A DNA stretch of 64,000 nt from Candidatus Komeilibacteria bacterium CG11_big_fil_rev_8_21_14_0_20_36_20 (GCA_002787405.1 PCWQ01000007.1:31296-95295); one strand, 5' to 3'; positions 47,034 to 56,339 are shown, counted from the stretch's first letter. Made by a program: numbers and translations. Notes: generated from the letters alone by a model not told the origin.

Positions 47034-49307
47034 TCAAGACGGCTGAAACTCGCCGTTTTTAATTCTCTCGATAAAATCTTCGGATTGAGTCAAATATGGC
47101 TCGCCGAATTTTTTAACTTCTTCAGCAATAGCAATGGCCTGATCATTCATCCCCAAACTAGCGTAGGATAAAGCTAAACTAATATAATACTGGGGATTCT
47201 CTGAATACTGCTGCCTCAAAATATCGTAAAAATAAGCCGACCAAGTAAAATCTTGGGCGTTGACTGCTGCACTGGCCATGCGGTTCAAGGGTTCCTCTTG
47301 TTTATAATTCAAATTCATTGAATCCATGGTTTCAAGATATGGCTGCACTTTATCCGGCTGATGACTGGCCAATAAAACCATAACCATATTAATATAAGAT
47401 TCTAAAACATCGTCATTCAAATCTATGGCTTTTTGAAAATTAACCACCAAATCGCTCTGATACTTAGCGGCTTCTTCTGGTTTGCCCTGATCTGTCAGCC
47501 ATAAATAAAGATACAAATCAGCATAGCCCATTTCCTCATAAATTTGCAGTCTAGTAGGACTATATTTTAAAGCCGTTTCTCCCAACGGAAAAACTTTATA
47601 CAATCTATTTGGATCTAAAACATAAGTATAGTTATAATGACGCATAAATAACAAATAATTAGCTACGTCAGCTGGATTTTCTGCAATGCGTTTTTCCAAT
47701 TCCTGATCTATATGTGTGACATACTGTGTGGCATTATAGGGCGTAATTAACTGATGAACAATTAAACCATCAACAAATTCAACAACTCTTCTCCTAAATT
47801 CATTGGTGCCGGAAGTACGGTAATCAATTGCCTGAAAATAAGTATTAACCGCCTGAGGAACATCAACATTTTCCAAATGCAAGGCATCAATCACAGTCAA
47901 ATTGGCTTTAGCTTCTTTAAGATTAACCCAATACATAATTGGACCCAAGGCAATAAGGTAAACCACCAAAATAGCCGCCATAACTTTACGTCCAGTGAAC
48001 TCAAATTTAGGTTTGGTATATTTTTGAGCTATCAAAACTATAATCAAAAACAAAGGTAGATAAGTAACCATGGCCTCAAAAACAAAAATTCCTTGAACAA
48101 TAAAAGCTATAATGGCTAGAGCCAAAATTTGATTGCCAAAATCAATATTTTTTGATTCCTCTTTTCTCCCAGCCGTTGCTTTCTTTAAAACTATATAAAG
48201 CGGCCATAATATTAAAAGACTATACAAAAGCAAACCAATAATGCCCCCCGTAACTAAATGATCAAGAAAAATATTATGAGCTCGGTCAAACCAAACTTGT
48301 GAACCGGCGTGTGAATATATTTCCGGATTAAAATACTTGTTAAAAACAACAGAAAAATTTTCCTGACCATAACCCAAAATCGGCTTTTCTTTAAATCCCT
48401 GCCAAGCGGAATTCCAGGTCATTAAACGGGTCTGGGCGGTTCTTTCTGATAAAGAAATACTGGTCATTCTCCTTAGAGCTTCATTATTCTGAATAAAATC
48501 GCTTGAGCGATTGACATAGATAACGGCGCCCAGCACACACAAAATCAACCCCAGAGCAATTAATGAATATTTGATTTTTTTATGGCTTATTCGAAAAATA
48601 TTGTAGATAACAAAAATCAAGGCACTAGCTAAAATTGCCACAAAAGCACCACGAGTACCGGTCTGAACCATGACAAACAAATCAATCAAAATGGCCACAA
48701 TATAATAAATACTTAAATACTTATTGTGACGTTTAATCATCAAATAAAGACCAAAAAAGACCGCCAACAAAGAATAACCAGCCAGATAAGCAGCATTACC
48801 AATAGTCGAAGCGACCCGACCATCAGTCACTCCTGTTCTATTAATAAAATCAACATTAAAATACTGCAACAAGCCGATTAAGACCACTATTTGAGCGGCA
48901 ACGAAAAATACTTCCCATAAAAATAGCCACTCTTTTCGGTTGGAGATAAAATTACGCAGGATAAAAAATAAAATAAACATGTGAGACCAGAGCAAAAGGC
49001 CTTCTGATCTCTCAATATTACTCCAGAAGCTAAAATAAAAATTATCACCCAGTAAAGAGGAAAGAAACATAGAAACCAATAAGATAAAAAAGACAATCGT
49101 CAGCCAATCAATTTTAACCTTAATTTCTTTCTTCACTAGAACGTAAATGAGCCACAATAAGAGCAAGACTTCCACTAAAATTCTAAAAGCCAGGGCTTTA
49201 CTGTAAATATAGGGAAAGAAAAAATTACTATTAATATAAATAGGGGTCAGCATAATTAGAATCAAAGCTGACCAAATAAGCTTGGAAAATATTTTATCTG
49301 CTTTCAT
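47034..49307 (-). CDS. O-antigen ligase-like (Wzy_C) polytopic membrane protein with C-terminal TPR repeats; paralog of 2625..4739
   Basis: 757 aa. Shared blocks with 2625..4739 include FSFWSNIERSEGLLLW and QTGTRGAFVAILAS. The C-terminal half is TPR-like and soluble. Confidence 0.65.
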   Translation of the reverse strand: MKADKIFSKLIWSALILIMLTPIYINSNFFFPYIYSKALAFRILVEVLLLLWLIYVLVKKEIKVKIDWLTIVFFILLVSMFLSSLLGDNFYFSFWSNIERSEGLLLWSHMFILFFILRNFISNRKEWLFLWEVFFVAAQIVVLIGLLQYFNVDFINRTGVTDGRVASTIGNAAYLAGYSLLAVFFGLYLMIKRHNKYLSIYYIVAILIDLFVMVQTGTRGAFVAILASALIFVIYNIFRISHKKIKYSLIALGLILCVLGAVIYVNRSSDFIQNNEALRRMTSISLSERTAQTRLMTWNSAWQGFKEKPILGYGQENFSVVFNKYFNPEIYSHAGSQVWFDRAHNIFLDHLVTGGIIGLLLYSLLILWPLYIVLKKATAGRKEESKNIDFGNQILALAIIAFIVQGIFVFEAMVTYLPLFLIIVLIAQKYTKPKFEFTGRKVMAAILVVYLIALGPIMYWVNLKEAKANLTVIDALHLENVDVPQAVNTYFQAIDYRTSGTNEFRRRVVEFVDGLIVHQLITPYNATQYVTHIDQELEKRIAENPADVANYLLFMRHYNYTYVLDPNRLYKVFPLGETALKYSPTRLQIYEEMGYADLYLYLWLTDQGKPEEAAKYQSDLVVNFQKAIDLNDDVLESYINMVMVLLASHQPDKVQPYLETMDSMNLNYKQEEPLNRMASAAVNAQDFTWSAYFYDILRQQYSENPQYYISLALSYASLGMNDQAIAIAEEVKKFGEPYLTQSEDFIERIKNGEFQPS

Positions 49308-49314
49308 ATTTAAT

Positions 49315-50019
49315 TTAAAAAGTATGCTCCGGGTCTAATTCTAAAATTTTGTTTTTATAATACTCGGCCTTATTGGCGTCTAGTTGTTTATCTTTAAAGA
49401 AATAATACAAATACTGGTAAAAATTAACATCCGACTGTCCGGCCGGCTTACTCATTCCATCCAACATAATAGTCTCTACTCTATAGGACTCTGCCGGTAA
49501 ATAAGTTTCGTATAAATCAGCATAAGAAACATAATAGTGATAATAGCCAATATTATCTTTGTTAATGGATAAATCAAAATAATAAGCAGCCTGATCATAA
49601 TCTCGGGCAAATGACTTGTAATAGTTGCCTAAATTGGAAAAAGCTAAAGGATTGATGGGATTTAAAACAGTGTCATATTTCCAGGCCTCTACCGCCCCCT
49701 CGAAATCCATCAAGCCAAGCTTAAGATTGCCGATTTCTATCCATAAATCATAAACATCATAGTCATCCGCCTGATGTAAATATCCATAATCATTATTCAG
49801 CCGGTCCACTAAGTTCTGGGTAGACTCTTCATCCATATCCGTATCAGGAAAATCACTAAGCTGATAAACATAATCAATCGGTGGTTGATTATTATTATTT
49901 TGACCTTGGTTGTTATTAGAACCAAAAATCAACCAAATAGCTAGGGCGATAACCGCCAAAATTAAAATAATAAAAAGATTTTTTTTATTCACCCTGTTAG
50001 AAATTTTAAGATTATTCAT
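49315..50019 (-). CDS. hypothetical membrane-anchored protein (N-terminal TM; Asn/Gln-rich linker; Tyr-rich TPR-like C-terminus)
   Basis: A 234-aa ORF with a single N-terminal hydrophobic helix. Confidence 0.4.
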   Translation of the reverse strand: MNNLKISNRVNKKNLFIILILAVIALAIWLIFGSNNNQGQNNNNQPPIDYVYQLSDFPDTDMDEESTQNLVDRLNNDYGYLHQADDYDVYDLWIEIGNLKLGLMDFEGAVEAWKYDTVLNPINPLAFSNLGNYYKSFARDYDQAAYYFDLSINKDNIGYYHYYVSYADLYETYLPAESYRVETIMLDGMSKPAGQSDVNFYQYLYYFFKDKQLDANKAEYYKNKILELDPEHTF

Positions 50020-50117
50020 AAAATAAAACTTAATAATATGACCTCGCTAGATTTTGTGAATTTCTAACGGGGTTCATAATACTTGTCTATTGTATTATAT
50101 CTGCTTATATTTGACAA

Positions 50118-50147
50118 CACCCTTCCCCCTTTACAGGGGGAAGGGTG
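50118..50147 (-). terminator. candidate intrinsic terminator hairpin downstream of the surface-protein gene
   Basis: A 12-bp GC-rich stem (cacccttccccc / gggggaagggtg) with a 6-nt loop lies about 45-70 nt 3' of the stop at 50191. On the minus strand it is followed by a T-rich stretch. Confidence 0.5.
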
Positions 50148-50190
50148 AATTGTCTATCTCTAATTACTTATTGCAAGTAAAAAGATTTTC

Positions 50191-53100
50191 TTAACCTGAC
50201 CAGCTAATAGTATAACTTGGAGTTGACGTAGTGACAGCTCCTAAGCCGGATACGAGGTATCCATTATACCATTGTCCGTATTCTGTAGCGGTAGCTCCTG
50301 TTGTGTCTATACCTCTACCTTTATAGTTGTCTGACCAGACAAAGTTACCTTGATTTAAGGCGCCCCAAGCATCAGCATAGTTAGTATTAATATCTGTGGT
50401 TGGATTACCATAACCATCAGATGACGTCGAAGAAGCAGTATCACCTAACATAGCTACACTAACATTCTCTCCTGTTCCAGCAAGAGCAATAGTACAATTA
50501 TAGTAATAAGTCTCGCTAGAGCCGGCTGAAATTTGTAAAGGCTCTAATTCATCACTATGTGAAATAAGAGGATTATCAAAGGTGTAAGTATTATAGCCAC
50601 CATAGCCGTCACCTCCATCTAAATCGGTTGGATCAGCAGCAGTGCCGACAACATTACCGTCGCTATCTCTTAGATAACAACTGGTAACATTAATAGTACC
50701 ACCAGTAGCCACAGTAAGAGTAGCGCGATATAGCAACACTTCATTGCCCGAAGCATCAGCCGCCACATTAAAGGCATAAAGATCAATTGCGCCGTTAGTC
50801 AAAGATGTAGCTGCGCCTAAAGGAGCGCTGGCAGTTGAATGAGTAACAGTTGGCAAAGCTTTGTGAAGCACCATACCAGTAGTGGTTGAACCATTATAAG
50901 TCTCGGAAGTAACCACATCGTTAGAATCAACACCTGTGGTTTTAACACCATCTGTGCCGCCTAGACCAAATCTGACATCAGCGCCTGGAGTACCAGGAGC
51001 ATTATCAGCACTTGAACTAATAGTTCCTAGGTCAGCTTTAACAGTAATGGTTTTTGAACCGTCTTGAGGAATGGTTAAAGTGTTATTAGGAAAGTTGAAA
51101 GTATAGTATCCAGTTGATGGAATGGCAGCACTACCTAATAAAGTAGAACCGTCATATAAATACACTTTTGAGACATCCTGATAATTACCGGTAGCTGTAC
51201 CAGTAATATTACCGTCAGCCACAAAAACTTTCAATTGATCAAGATCAAGATTTTCATTAAACGCTTCCAGTCGAATATTACCAAAGGTTACTCCAGTAGC
51301 GCCGGCTCTAACAATTGCGGCGCTAGGATTGTTGTAAGTGCTAATGGTCAAAGTGCCGGCTGTGGCTACAGTCATGGTAGCACCCATGTCAGCGGTCAAA
51401 GTAACTATCCCTCTGTTTCCACTAGTAACACCATAAGCAATGACTGAAGCATTAGCTGTGGTGCTTACATCAACTAAACCAAAGATACCTACTTGTTCAG
51501 CAACAGCTCCGGTATTGACATCGGCAATCAACTGAATGGTCTTTGAAGTTCCTTTAGTAAGCACAATTGGATCATCAAAGGCAAAAGTTGAAGAAGCTGA
51601 ATCATAGCCATCGTTGTCTGCTGGGGCATCATTGACTGGACTCTTGGCTACACCACCGCTGCCAAAGACACCGTCATAAATAGTCAAGTTGGTGAAATTG
51701 GTGGAAGAGGCATGAACAACTATTGAAGTTATTCTAATATCTTCACCTGAATTTGTACCGTCAAAGTTCCAAGAACCCACTAAAACATCTTGAGCGCCGG
51801 CAATTACTGTAGCGTTGGCTGGCAAGGTGTTTCTAGTGACAGTCAAATTAGCGGCCTTAACTGTCTGGGTGTTGGTATCAACATTAGCTGCTGGGCTAGC
51901 GGTAATTGAATTACCGGTTACCTGACCAGTAGCAGTAATAGCGCTAGCTGCAGTTGCAAGTCTAGCATAAATAGTATCGTCAGTAGCCCATCCGCCGCTG
52001 ATATTCAAATTACCCATAATTGTATATTCACTCTCGCCAACTGGCAAAGTAAATGTATCCGTGAAAGCTACGGTTAAAGCATCATTGGTAATATCAGTTG
52101 GACCGGCCACAGTTACGCCATTGCTATCAACTATTTTAACTCCTTCCAAAGCATCTTCAATCTGAGCGCCAGAAGAAGAAACAATGGTTAAGGTCAATTC
52201 AGTGACGTCAATTGGTTCACCTTTAACCGTAAATTTAAAGGCGCCTAGAGTTTGGTCGCTTCCAACTGTAACATTGTCAGCACCAACACTGGATCCTCTT
52301 TCCACAGTCATATTACCATTAGCAATTTGAAATTCATTAGCGCTTAAGACTGGCTTAGTAGCAGCAGAACCAGTACCGCTATAGGTTGGGGTAATATTAT
52401 AACCATAAGTATTACCTTTTACTAATAGGTCTGTAGTTCTGTAGATACCTAAATCAACTGTTCGGGCTGAACCGCTCTCAACATCGGCTTGCACCTGATA
52501 TTGATAGGTCTGGCCTTTAGGAATAGTGGTGGCAGCAATACTAAAGTTAATATACTTACCATCAACCACACCGTCGGCGATCTTGGTACCGTCTTTTAAC
52601 AAGGCATATCCAGAAAGATCTTCACTTAAGCTGGCTGTACCTTCTTGGTAAACAGAAACCTGATTAAAGGTCACATCTTCAACTGAACCTGCTTGGATTT
52701 GGAAAGCAAAGAAAGTATAGTCCTGTTTGCCTACTTCAATGGTAGTAGAACTAGCATTGTTATAGGAACCTCTTTGAACAGTAGCTGTACCAATTGTAAT
52801 GGTATGGTTTAAAGTCTGGGTATTACCATAGGCAGGCAATGAGCCAATAACTGAACCACTACCTTTCAAAGTAATAGAAGCTAAACCAAGGGCTGGATTT
52901 TCACCAGCATAGCTGTCTAAAGAAGCAGCCATATTACCGGCTAAATAAATATATTGAGTGGTGTTGGCTGGGATGACAACATCCTTGGTAAAGGTAGCTT
53001 GGTGATTGGAGTTGAAAGTCTTTGAGTTTTGATCAAAAGGAATCATGGTGCTGCCGTCCAAAACATCAATGGTTGAAAAAGCAGCATCCTGCCCGATTCC

Positions 53101-53994
53101 ACCTCTTTGAACAACCATTGTGTCAATGGTTACTCCTTCGCTACCGGTGGTTAATTTAAGTTTGGTGAAAGGATATCTAGCGGCACCTTCAACTACAATG
53201 CCGGAAGCTGGCGTATCGCTAGCCAATGACACTGTTAGGTCGCCACCAGAAACTGGTCCACCGCCTTCACCCGGCATATAACCTGCCAGTTCTGTTTCTT
53301 CACCGGTGATTGATTCGCCGGTTGAATAACCATCTACGTTAGCCACGTCAATAACATAGTCATAACTAAAGTTATTGGCTTCAAAGGCATCAGAAGTAGC
53401 AAATGGTCGGACTGTATCGCCTTCACCGACATAATACAAATCCTCGCCCACCTGCAGCAATGTACCTTCTGGATACATAGTGCTTAAATCAGAACCAGTG
53501 GTATAGCTGGATGAAAAATAACCTGGGATAACATCTAGAACTCTAGATCCCCAATCGGCACCATACAAATCTTCAGCCACGTCTCCTGTAGGAATCCAGT
53601 GGAGTGTTCCACCCGGACCAACAGCATAAATTTTGGCTGTATTCATATGGGTAACCAATTTGGTTCCCGGTCGATAAGTCACGGCGCCGCCGTCTGCATA
53701 CAAATCCAGTTCAGCTACGTTAACTCTGACCACATTGTCAAAGTTATCATACCAAGTATTATATGTTTTTCCATCTGGGAAAACATATTTCATACCATCT
53801 GAACCAATGTAATAAACAGCTGCACCAGATTGACCTTCTAAGGCAAGCAAAGAGCCTGCTCCGTAATTACCAGCGGCTTTGGCTACTGGCGCAAAAGATA
53901 CGCCAACTGACCAAAGGGCAGTGGTAATCACCAAAGAAAATACAGCAAATTTCTTTAATAAGTGCATGTTTCTTTTTTTTAAAAAAGTCCCCAA
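50191..53994 (-). CDS. large secreted Thr/Ser/Gly/Ala/Val-rich surface protein (S-layer or adhesin-like, repeated beta-sandwich-like modules)
   Basis: 1267 aa. The signal-peptide-like N-terminus reads MGTFLKKRNMHLLKKFAVFSLVITTALWSVGVSFAPVAKAAG. Two related modules of about 90 aa are followed by more than 1000 aa of low-complexity T/S/G-rich repeats. GC content is about 45% against about 30% elsewhere. Confidence 0.7.
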   Translation of the reverse strand: MGTFLKKRNMHLLKKFAVFSLVITTALWSVGVSFAPVAKAAGNYGAGSLLALEGQSGAAVYYIGSDGMKYVFPDGKTYNTWYDNFDNVVRVNVAELDLYADGGAVTYRPGTKLVTHMNTAKIYAVGPGGTLHWIPTGDVAEDLYGADWGSRVLDVIPGYFSSSYTTGSDLSTMYPEGTLLQVGEDLYYVGEGDTVRPFATSDAFEANNFSYDYVIDVANVDGYSTGESITGEETELAGYMPGEGGGPVSGGDLTVSLASDTPASGIVVEGAARYPFTKLKLTTGSEGVTIDTMVVQRGGIGQDAAFSTIDVLDGSTMIPFDQNSKTFNSNHQATFTKDVVIPANTTQYIYLAGNMAASLDSYAGENPALGLASITLKGSGSVIGSLPAYGNTQTLNHTITIGTATVQRGSYNNASSTTIEVGKQDYTFFAFQIQAGSVEDVTFNQVSVYQEGTASLSEDLSGYALLKDGTKIADGVVDGKYINFSIAATTIPKGQTYQYQVQADVESGSARTVDLGIYRTTDLLVKGNTYGYNITPTYSGTGSAATKPVLSANEFQIANGNMTVERGSSVGADNVTVGSDQTLGAFKFTVKGEPIDVTELTLTIVSSSGAQIEDALEGVKIVDSNGVTVAGPTDITNDALTVAFTDTFTLPVGESEYTIMGNLNISGGWATDDTIYARLATAASAITATGQVTGNSITASPAANVDTNTQTVKAANLTVTRNTLPANATVIAGAQDVLVGSWNFDGTNSGEDIRITSIVVHASSTNFTNLTIYDGVFGSGGVAKSPVNDAPADNDGYDSASSTFAFDDPIVLTKGTSKTIQLIADVNTGAVAEQVGIFGLVDVSTTANASVIAYGVTSGNRGIVTLTADMGATMTVATAGTLTISTYNNPSAAIVRAGATGVTFGNIRLEAFNENLDLDQLKVFVADGNITGTATGNYQDVSKVYLYDGSTLLGSAAIPSTGYYTFNFPNNTLTIPQDGSKTITVKADLGTISSSADNAPGTPGADVRFGLGGTDGVKTTGVDSNDVVTSETYNGSTTTGMVLHKALPTVTHSTASAPLGAATSLTNGAIDLYAFNVAADASGNEVLLYRATLTVATGGTINVTSCYLRDSDGNVVGTAADPTDLDGGDGYGGYNTYTFDNPLISHSDELEPLQISAGSSETYYYNCTIALAGTGENVSVAMLGDTASSTSSDGYGNPTTDINTNYADAWGALNQGNFVWSDNYKGRGIDTTGATATEYGQWYNGYLVSGLGAVTTSTPSYTISWSG

Positions 53995-54371
53995 ACATTA
54001 TTTAATCATCTAAAATATAAGCGCTTCTGTTTGTTTTCTAAACAGAAACCAAACCATTATCTTGAGTGCCCCCAGCATACGCCGGACCGACCTTTCAGAC
54101 AACACTAAGCCAATGGGCTTATAAGTTAGTTTGATAAAAATTTTGTTTAGGAACGACTAATTAGAGCCCGAAATTGATTTCTCAACTTCAGGACTTACCA
54201 CATACCAATAAGTATATGGTCAAATCCCTAATCGCGCGCGATTTAGCGATAAGTTAGGGATAATAGCTTTCAAACTTTTTGAAAGCTAAATACCCTCAAC
54301 CTATCTGCCAACTCGACAAGCTGGATAATCGCGCTTTAAGGATTTTTTATAATTAATTATTAAACGACAAA

Positions 54372-55712
54372 TTAATTATTAATTTCCGTAACTGCAGAAT
54401 CATCGACTACTGGTTCTTCTAATTCTACTTCTTTTAATTCTACTTCATCAATCCCAACTGCAGAGGCCTCTACTGTTTCTGACTCTTCTTTTAAATTACC
54501 GTCCATATCAGCAGGAGTCGTGCTGGCTGTCTGTCCACTATCAATAGAATCCTTATTTTCTGCCTGCTTATTGTTGGATATCTGTTCTAAAACTGTTTCT
54601 GCCTCACTATTGATCTCTTTACTTTCAGAAACTTTATTAAGTGCATCTTTCAAGGCACCTTCTCCCAATAAAACCTTGGCTTCATCCAGAACAACCTCCG
54701 CTGCTCCCGGTTTTGACTTAATGCTATTAATGTTTGTTAAATCCTCTTGCTGGCCAACTGATGCATCTGTATTATTTTCTTGTTCTTCACCAGCAACATC
54801 CACCTTTTCTTTAGTGTTTTTAATTTCTGAAGACAAATCGTCAATTTCAGAGGCAATAATTTCAGTCACTAAATTTTTAATTGTTTGAGCATCCCTTTCT
54901 TCAATATAAGTTTGCGGAGTAGTACTATTAGTGGAAATCTCTTGGTCAATTACTGATTTTTTCATAGCTGATTCTACTTCTTCATGAACTTCTACCGCTA
55001 AATTGACCGCTGATTCTTTAGCTTCTTCATTAAATTTTTTAACATCATTCAACGCTTCTTTAAAAACTGCATTTTTACTCTTATTGGCTTCTTCCAATGA
55101 GCTCACTTTATTCTTAGTTTCCTTAGTAGCATCTTTAACTTTTTTAGCTAAAGAGACTGCTTCTACTGGTTTCTTCTCCTCTTTAACTATCTTCAAAGAA
55201 GTGTCAACTGCTGTGACGTCCTGTTCTAAATGGCCGACTGCCTTTTTTATTGCTTTTTCACTTTTGACAGTTTGTCCGGGTTGATCGGTTTTATTTAAAT
55301 CTTTCACAATTTTATCAATTTCTGCCAATCTTTTATTGACATGCTTAATATGAACTTCTGTCTCTCTAACCGGACTAAGAGTAACCGTTAATTCCGCTTT
55401 TTCTATTGATCTCTTAATCGGCCAAAGAACTTCACCAGGCACTGAAGCTTGAGCGGCAAAACCGACTCCTGAACCCATCATGATAATCAAAAATCCAGCA
55501 ATAACTTTACTAACCGAAGGAACAGTGCGGCGCATTACCCGACTAACAAATAAATCAACCTTTTCTGAATTGGTTAATTTTTGCGCTTTCATTAATCTGT
55601 TCTGAGCAGAGATTTCAGAAAGTAAATCATATTTAGTTGTGTCTTCCCATTTTTTATTCGGCTGTAATTCAGCTAAATTCTTTAGTTGGGAAATTTTTTT
55701 AGTTAAACTCAT
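54372..55712 (-). CDS. anti-sigma-factor-like protein (single TM; coiled-coil, acidic extracytoplasmic region)
   Basis: It lies immediately downstream of the ECF sigma gene. A short N-terminal cytoplasmic segment is followed by a TM helix (VIAGFLIIMMGSGVGFAA) and a long helical, Glu/Lys-rich C-terminus. Confidence 0.55.
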   Translation of the reverse strand: MSLTKKISQLKNLAELQPNKKWEDTTKYDLLSEISAQNRLMKAQKLTNSEKVDLFVSRVMRRTVPSVSKVIAGFLIIMMGSGVGFAAQASVPGEVLWPIKRSIEKAELTVTLSPVRETEVHIKHVNKRLAEIDKIVKDLNKTDQPGQTVKSEKAIKKAVGHLEQDVTAVDTSLKIVKEEKKPVEAVSLAKKVKDATKETKNKVSSLEEANKSKNAVFKEALNDVKKFNEEAKESAVNLAVEVHEEVESAMKKSVIDQEISTNSTTPQTYIEERDAQTIKNLVTEIIASEIDDLSSEIKNTKEKVDVAGEEQENNTDASVGQQEDLTNINSIKSKPGAAEVVLDEAKVLLGEGALKDALNKVSESKEINSEAETVLEQISNNKQAENKDSIDSGQTASTTPADMDGNLKEESETVEASAVGIDEVELKEVELEEPVVDDSAVTEINN

Positions 55713-55734
55713 ATATTTGAGATTATTTTATATA

Positions 55735-56286
55735 TTATTTTTCCGTAATTTCTTTTAATTTATTTAAAGCCCTATGTAAAATAACTCGAACATTATTTTT
55801 ATCTTTTTCTATAATTTGGGAAATGTCCTCAATTGATAAATCTTCCACATAACGCAAGAGTAGGATTTCTTGATATTCTGGCTTAAGTTGAGATAACTGC
55901 CGCAATAAATTATCTGCATCTAATGACTTATCTAAATTGGTTATAGTTTTATCAGTCAAATAATTATTTGTTTCGAAGATATAATCCAAAGGTAACTCCT
56001 GTCGATTGGATCTCCGATAATGATCAATCACGGCGTTGCGAGCTATGCGGAAAATAAATGCCTGGAAATTTTTAATATGCCTCTTATCAACTAAATGCTG
56101 CCAAATTTTTAAAAAAATATCTTGAGTTAAGTCTTCTGCTATTTGCTTGTTTGATACCTTGATCATAACAAAGCGGTAGATACGAGATACATATTTGTCA
56201 TAAAAAAAGGCAAAAGCGTCAGAATCCCCGGCTTTTAATTTTAAAAAAGCTATTCTTTCTTGTAAATTGTCTTTAAAACTTTTCAT
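55735..56286 (-). CDS. RNA polymerase ECF-type sigma-70 factor
   Basis: Region 2 (EDLTQDIFLKIWQHL...ARNAVIDHYR) and a region 4 HTH (LSIEDISQIIEKDKNNVRVILHRALNKLKE) are present. 183 aa. Confidence 0.8.
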   Translation of the reverse strand: MKSFKDNLQERIAFLKLKAGDSDAFAFFYDKYVSRIYRFVMIKVSNKQIAEDLTQDIFLKIWQHLVDKRHIKNFQAFIFRIARNAVIDHYRRSNRQELPLDYIFETNNYLTDKTITNLDKSLDADNLLRQLSQLKPEYQEILLLRYVEDLSIEDISQIIEKDKNNVRVILHRALNKLKEITEK

Positions 56287-56339
56287 ATATATAGACGTAA
56301 CAACCCTAAAAATATTACATTTTTAATAATTATAAATTT

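Noticed and set aside
48887-49096. A 69-aa same-strand ORF that lies inside the Wzy_C-TPR gene at 47034..49307, and a 65-aa ORF at 62780..62977 inside secY.
   Set aside because: Both are alternative-frame ORFs within confidently called genes. They have no independent support.
50191-53994. Considered whether the GC-rich composition of the surface-protein gene proves horizontal acquisition.
   Set aside because: The amino-acid composition (Gly/Ala/Thr/Ser/Val, whose codons are GC-rich) can by itself raise GC. A codon-position (GC3) analysis would be needed. It is reported only as a possibility.
54001-54371. Tested this non-coding region for RNase P RNA, tmRNA, SRP RNA and tRNA.
   Set aside because: Key signatures are not found on either strand by eye. 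Missing are GGAAAGUCCGGGC / ACAGAANNCGGCUUA for RNase P RNA, a GGUUCGAnUCC T-arm with an ANDENYALAA tag frame for tmRNA, and the GGAAGCAGCC apical motif of SRP RNA. It is kept only as an unclassified structured leader.
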